In this document: piece after piece, positions 9,001 through 11,743 of the stretch
Position numbering within the stretch: position 1 is the stretch's first letter
Layout of the letters: each line of letters opens with the position of its first letter
The notes under the pieces: model-generated
The model's database searches: none
What the model was told of the DNA's origin: nothing
What the model saw: the letters and a program-made list of their open reading frames with translations, nothing else
Made by a program: the position numbers and the translations under genes
Assembly (NCBI GenBank): GCA_015523565.1
Contig: WAKA01000002.1
Span: forward strand, 1-11,743
Source of the DNA: Candidatus Heimdallarchaeota archaeon
GTDB lineage: Archaea; Asgardarchaeota; Heimdallarchaeia; Heimdallarchaeales; Kariarchaeaceae
Length of the DNA stretch: 11,743 nucleotides
Direction of reading: 5' to 3'

Positions 9001-9118
9001 TTCTTGAAAAGAGATGGGGAATATTAGGGCTAAACGCCGCGATTGTTGCACCTCCAAGTGCGGCAAGTGCAGTTCCCTTCAAGAAAACCCTTTTTTTCTC
9101 ATCAACTTGTTCACTCAT
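6092..9118 (-). CDS. ttrA: Mo/W-bisPGD oxidoreductase catalytic subunit, tetrathionate/selenate/archaeal arsenate reductase (TtrA/SrdA) clade; substrate unproven
   Basis: Tat-like signal KKRVFLK plus h-region. FS0 ligands C62-x2-C65-x3-C69...C131 (CAKG) with the long GNPFHP insert typical of TtrA. RLTQPLKRKGPRGSGEWEPISWEQA. Putative metal-ligand Cys252 (HTTICEQ). ADYILPDVTFYER. C-terminal dinucleotide-binding domain. B-C-A gene order and GAGGAGGT SD. Confidence 0.85.
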   Translation of the reverse strand: MSEQVDEKKRVFLKGTALAALGGATIAAFSPNIPHLFSRNGEAILPDATEKSDKVKLVRSICLQCHGGCGFQAKVLDFDTNPELIKLDGNPFHPNAKGEPIPFNTPVLENGNTGKEENGSIVSDTQVGHLCAKGQAGIETLYDPQRLTQPLKRKGPRGSGEWEPISWEQAYDEIILGAELDGPDGKKYKFTGMKDLITDDLIDPNKPWLGSKRNLIVFLVGRSEHGRKELSDRIFGHVFGTVNSRIDHTTICEQSHHIAYKNVVGKDKMHPDFDNSEFFITFGGSYLDAQFPFNGLADKVARFKIRGGKYAVVDPRFSNTAKHADWWFPIIPGTDAAFALAIANYIFSNDLYDATFLSAPNMTAVAANGEKSGTNATWLVNIDTHKFVTMADVGKNDGTNDENPVVWSGSDFEDATTANSGTLFPGSISIPGGGTAKTAIELYREQAESKTIDEWLQICGVADLKDQFIEMVQEFAKAGKRSGADLYRGAVQHTNGYYNGVSIILLNLLMGNIDWKGGMAKGGGHWHETKGSTTYGAIKTMGTTVSASGWKLTREGIEWAPGNPEYDAAVAANPGSTPKPPRPFYPLTSNVWQEVWGAIESEYPYRPLVVWNHMGNPNYSIPGSKKVQEVIEMPAKDGDGYQLPLFISVDVVMGEASAYADYILPDVTFYERFGTPHVASSILTKTSGVRQPIFGKFDPTTGEYTYRPAPGYENCKMAEDIYIELARRMKEVHGVPLDGVGKDAFGSGEDLMDAWDWYRRLFQNLVEDYEANTGSLPGDTINEKIKYMLDRGGLFEDYSAYENSGSFQPHTLGKICNIWIEKVATKTHPMTGEKFWGTATYEPIKDMAGNLVIEADKDDYPFRMITYKLPIHTQSRTANNPTLVELLPKNALEINVMDAENLGLKTGDWVNVSSKTNPEGMDVQVYVTNLVRPGVVMFAHSFGHSHYGASGWKEGDKEVPGDPRKGTGFNLNGIMRLDTSYSDGEICLTDPIGGSAVFYDTMVKITKK

Positions 9119-10266
9119 TTTGTGCTTACCTCCTCTTTTACGTTCCCATTAGGTTGCCAAGGCAAATACCAATAGACAAACAATGAAAGCGTTATGAAAC
9201 CAATGACAACGGAAACCAAGGTCCATATTTCATGGGAAGCGATCTCCAATTTTGCAAGAAAAACAGATGTTCTTGTCAAGACCTGTCCACCAACAATCAA
9301 GTTGTATTTGAATATCCCTGCACCCAAAAGAGTAAATAGCCCACCAAGAATTAGACCACCTCGGTGCCGATAAATTTGGGGAATGCTGAAAATTGCAAGT
9401 GGAACAATAATGGCCAAGCCCAGATCTACAAAAAGGTATTCAAGCGTATCAAACCCATGATCAAATAAGAAAATGAACTGGAGTTTTGCCCGCCCTGTTG
9501 AGTTCAAGAAATATACAATCCTTGCAAAAAAGAAGAAAAGTTCCGCAATAAGGAGCCAAAACACCCATTGCCTAAAGAACATCAATGTTTCCATATCTTC
9601 CGTGGATTTTTCCTTCCTTGAAAGAGTGAATATTGAGTAGATGATCAATAAGGCAGATGCACCACTTGCCATTGCGGAAGTAAAGAAAATCAATGGAAGA
9701 ATCGGGGTGTTCCACATTGGTCTTGAAGCATTGACACTCATCAGCACACCACCGTACAATTCAAGAGCAATTGCAATGACAATGTCTATTTTGAACAAGG
9801 TTTTCAATACCTTTTTGTCAAACTGGAGTGACTCTTCTGTCAAATCCATCCTGCCAAGTGCAAATACCTTATACATAAAAGTCAGGAAGGGAAATCGTCC
9901 TTTTGCCTTATTCGATCTTTCAACAAAATCTTTTCTGAAATAGAAAGAAGTGGTCAATGCACCAGCCACCAAATATAATGTTAGTATCAACGCACCCCAA
10001 GCCATGGGGGATTCTGCCCTGAATCTAAAGAACAATTCCCAAAACCGACTTGGTTGTGCCAAATCTGCAATAAGCATGATAGGCAACACATAGGTAAATG
10101 CAAAAGTCATCCATATTCCCAACCGACTGGTTCTTTGTATCTTTGGATTTTCAGTCAACTCACCAAAAGAAATCCAGAAGAAAATCCCAGATGCTATTCC
10201 CTTAAGGAAATAATAAGCAAAAACAAGGACACCCCAATATATTGCATGTTGGACATCGAAAAGCAT
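9115..10266 (-). CDS. ttrC: NrfD/PsrC-family quinol-interacting membrane anchor (TtrC/SrdC-like)
   Basis: WG..AYYF..G...G, ADLAQPSRFW, SPMAWG and YGG...RPMWNTP motifs. About 9 TM helices. AGGAGG SD and ATGA overlap with the catalytic subunit. Confidence 0.88.
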   Translation of the reverse strand: MLFDVQHAIYWGVLVFAYYFLKGIASGIFFWISFGELTENPKIQRTSRLGIWMTFAFTYVLPIMLIADLAQPSRFWELFFRFRAESPMAWGALILTLYLVAGALTTSFYFRKDFVERSNKAKGRFPFLTFMYKVFALGRMDLTEESLQFDKKVLKTLFKIDIVIAIALELYGGVLMSVNASRPMWNTPILPLIFFTSAMASGASALLIIYSIFTLSRKEKSTEDMETLMFFRQWVFWLLIAELFFFFARIVYFLNSTGRAKLQFIFLFDHGFDTLEYLFVDLGLAIIVPLAIFSIPQIYRHRGGLILGGLFTLLGAGIFKYNLIVGGQVLTRTSVFLAKLEIASHEIWTLVSVVIGFITLSLFVYWYLPWQPNGNVKEEVSTK

Positions 10267-10268
10267 TT

Positions 10269-10874
10269 TTAGTTATCCTCCTGTAACAATGACCGATCCT
10301 TGTCATAGAACGGCTCTTCGTCAAGGTCTATGTAAAATACATTTGGTTCAGTGCCATATTCGGGGAATAAAACCCTGACCGGTTGAGTGGCGATAAGACG
10401 CGAAACTTCTGAATTGGGATCATCCAAGTCTCCGAAAATTCTTGCACCGCCAGTACAAGTTGCAACACATGCAGGCAATAATCCTTCACGAACCCTGTGA
10501 TGGCAGAATGTACACTTATCTGCGGTTTTTGTCACGGGATTGATGTATCGCATGTCATAGGGACAACCCTGAACACAATATGCACATCCAATGCATGTAT
10601 CATCGTCAATCAGCACAGTGCCATCCTCTATTTTGAAAGTTGCACCGACAGGGCATACGTCCACACAAGGCGGATCATCACAGTGATTGCAAAGCCGTGG
10701 GAGGAAAGACAATGCAACATTGGGGACATTGCCATTCCAAGACCCCTTTTCCCACACCTTCACCCAAGTGCGAAAGTTCCCTTCAGGAACATTATTTTCA
10801 AATTTACAGGAGACTGTACAAGCATGGCAGCCTACACATCTCCTTAAATCAATTACCATTCCATATCTGGTCAA
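10269..10874 (-). CDS. ttrB: Four-[4Fe-4S] electron-transfer subunit (TtrB/PsrB/NrfC family), no signal peptide
   Basis: 16 Cys in four groups (CVGCHACTVSC, CNHCDDPPCVDVCP, CIGCAYCVQGCP, CTFC..PACVATC), plus RYGMVID and GTEPNVFY. TTG start with GAGGTGA SD 4 nt upstream. Confidence 0.92.
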   Translation of the reverse strand: MTRYGMVIDLRRCVGCHACTVSCKFENNVPEGNFRTWVKVWEKGSWNGNVPNVALSFLPRLCNHCDDPPCVDVCPVGATFKIEDGTVLIDDDTCIGCAYCVQGCPYDMRYINPVTKTADKCTFCHHRVREGLLPACVATCTGGARIFGDLDDPNSEVSRLIATQPVRVLFPEYGTEPNVFYIDLDEEPFYDKDRSLLQEDN

Positions 10875-10986
10875 AACGTCACCTCGTTCTGTCGCTATTA
10901 ATTTACTTTGTATAGCATATAACTAAATAAACTATAATTATTAAATCATTCTAGTCACATTTTGGACAAATGCACAACACAACAAT

Positions 10987-11006
10987 AATTAAACATCAAT
11001 TAAACA
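10987..11006. repeat. Tandem direct repeat AATTAAACA x2, 11-bp period, upstream of the ttrBCA-like operon
   Basis: Copies at 10987-10995 and 10998-11006. AT-rich context, so function is uncertain. Confidence 0.35.
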
Positions 11007-11055
11007 CAATATTTTTTTTAAAACGAACTAATGCCATACAAGAGTTAATTTTGAT

Positions 11056-11064
11056 AAAAAAAAA
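11056..11064 (-). terminator. Putative oligo-U terminator of the cupredoxin gene
   Basis: A9 on plus (T9 on minus, within CGTTTCTTTTTTTTT) about 95 nt past the stop. On the transcript it is preceded by two short inverted repeats (11125-11146 and 11093-11117). Confidence 0.4.
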
Positions 11065-11159
11065 GAAACGCCCCAGATAAGTTTCAAAAGGTCTTTGATA
11101 AGGCAATGTTGTCAAAGCTTTAAATCAACATAAAGAATAATGTTGAATTTTTCAAGCGA

Positions 11160-11672
11160 TTATTTTCTTTTCATTATTGGAATTGCGAGCAAGACAAATA
11201 GAGCAAGGAATGCAGGCAACAATTCAAATCCAGGGGAAGAGCTCTTGTTGGCATCATCACCACCAGACCCAATAACGAGTTTACCCTCCATGCCTTGTTC
11301 TCTATGGCCTGGAACAGAACAGTAAAAATCAGTGGTTGTGTCAACATTGGGGGTTTTGATGACAATGCTTTTTGCAACACCTTTATTAACTTCTGGAATT
11401 TGGAAAGTATCCATTGAATCAACACCAGTCACTGTAAAATCATGTATTAGAGAGTCTTCATTCACAAAAGTGAATTTGACACAGGTGTCTTTTGGCACCT
11501 TGATTTCAGTGACATTGAATTTAAAACCTGATTGTCCAGCAATGGTAACTGACATAGTTGGATTACTGCATGTATCGGTTGTTACAGTTTTCTCTGCATT
11601 GACGATGGAAAGATTTCCATACATACTTATTAATAAGATAGAAACAAAAAGAATGACAAATTTGTATTTCAT
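11160..11672 (-). CDS. Type-1 blue copper protein (cupredoxin) with signal peptide and PGF-CTERM-like C-terminal anchor
   Basis: Copper ligands H77, C118, H123, M128 (IHDF; FYCSVPGHREQGM). N-terminal Sec signal ending VNA. C-terminus SSSPGFE + hydrophobic helix + KRK. GAGGTG SD. Confidence 0.93.
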   Translation of the reverse strand: MKYKFVILFVSILLISMYGNLSIVNAEKTVTTDTCSNPTMSVTIAGQSGFKFNVTEIKVPKDTCVKFTFVNEDSLIHDFTVTGVDSMDTFQIPEVNKGVAKSIVIKTPNVDTTTDFYCSVPGHREQGMEGKLVIGSGGDDANKSSSPGFELLPAFLALFVLLAIPIMKRK

Positions 11673-11693
11673 ATTCTTGCACCTCTAAAGTGA

Positions 11694-11729
11694 ATTGAAA
11701 TTCCTATTTTTATTTATTGGAATTTCAAT
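11694..11729. promoter_or_regulatory. Perfect 11-bp inverted repeat bracketing the probable TATA region of the cupredoxin promoter
   Basis: ATTGAAATTCC(11694-11704)-N14-GGAATTTCAAT(11719-11729). The spacer reads AATAAATAAAAATA on minus, about 40 bp upstream of ATG 11672. Confidence 0.5.
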
Positions 11730-11743
11730 ATACCTAATTAAAC

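Noticed and set aside
6092-9118. Alternative calls (NarG, FdhA, DmsA, AioA), or a selenocysteine or intein in the catalytic subunit
   Set aside because: The Cys-ligand loop, long FS0 insert and B-C-A order fit the TtrA clade. The ORF is uninterrupted, with no in-frame TGA and no intein-like termini seen.
11093-11146. Two short hairpins as a possible ncRNA or riboswitch (e.g. Moco/Tuco) upstream of the reductase operon
   Set aside because: AT-rich 7-9 bp stems upstream of the U-tract are better explained as cupredoxin 3' UTR structure. No riboswitch consensus was recognised; an Rfam scan would settle it.
6281-11688. Many short antisense or alternate-frame ORFs (60-136 aa) within ttrA, ttrC, ttrB and the cupredoxin gene, and likewise within 529-2253 and 2767-5616
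   Set aside because: They overlap well-supported genes and lack motifs, consistent with codon-bias shadows.

Overview
Archaeal window, probably Asgard/Heimdallarchaeia-like (inferred from a PGF-CTERM anchor, GAGGTG(A) Shine-Dalgarno sites, an archaeal-type TatA tail and a PCI-like domain). The minus strand carries a surface-anchored blue-copper protein, followed by a seven-gene cluster. That cluster encodes a TtrBCA/SrdBCA-type molybdo/tungsto-enzyme complex (4x[4Fe-4S] subunit, NrfD/PsrC anchor, catalytic subunit with a lysine-arginine Tat signal), tatA, tatC, an unknown polytopic membrane protein with a coiled coil and a PCI/DDRGK-like winged helix, and a TorD/DmsD chaperone. The plus strand carries a convergent two-gene unit: a membrane-anchored, sequon-rich, probably beta-propeller surface protein and a membrane-tethered winged-helix regulator, preceded by a phased operator-like array. 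The best novelty candidate is the membrane PCI-like protein translationally coupled between tatC and the chaperone. No RNA genes, CRISPR arrays or mobile elements were recognised. All calls come from motif reading by eye; no database search was run.
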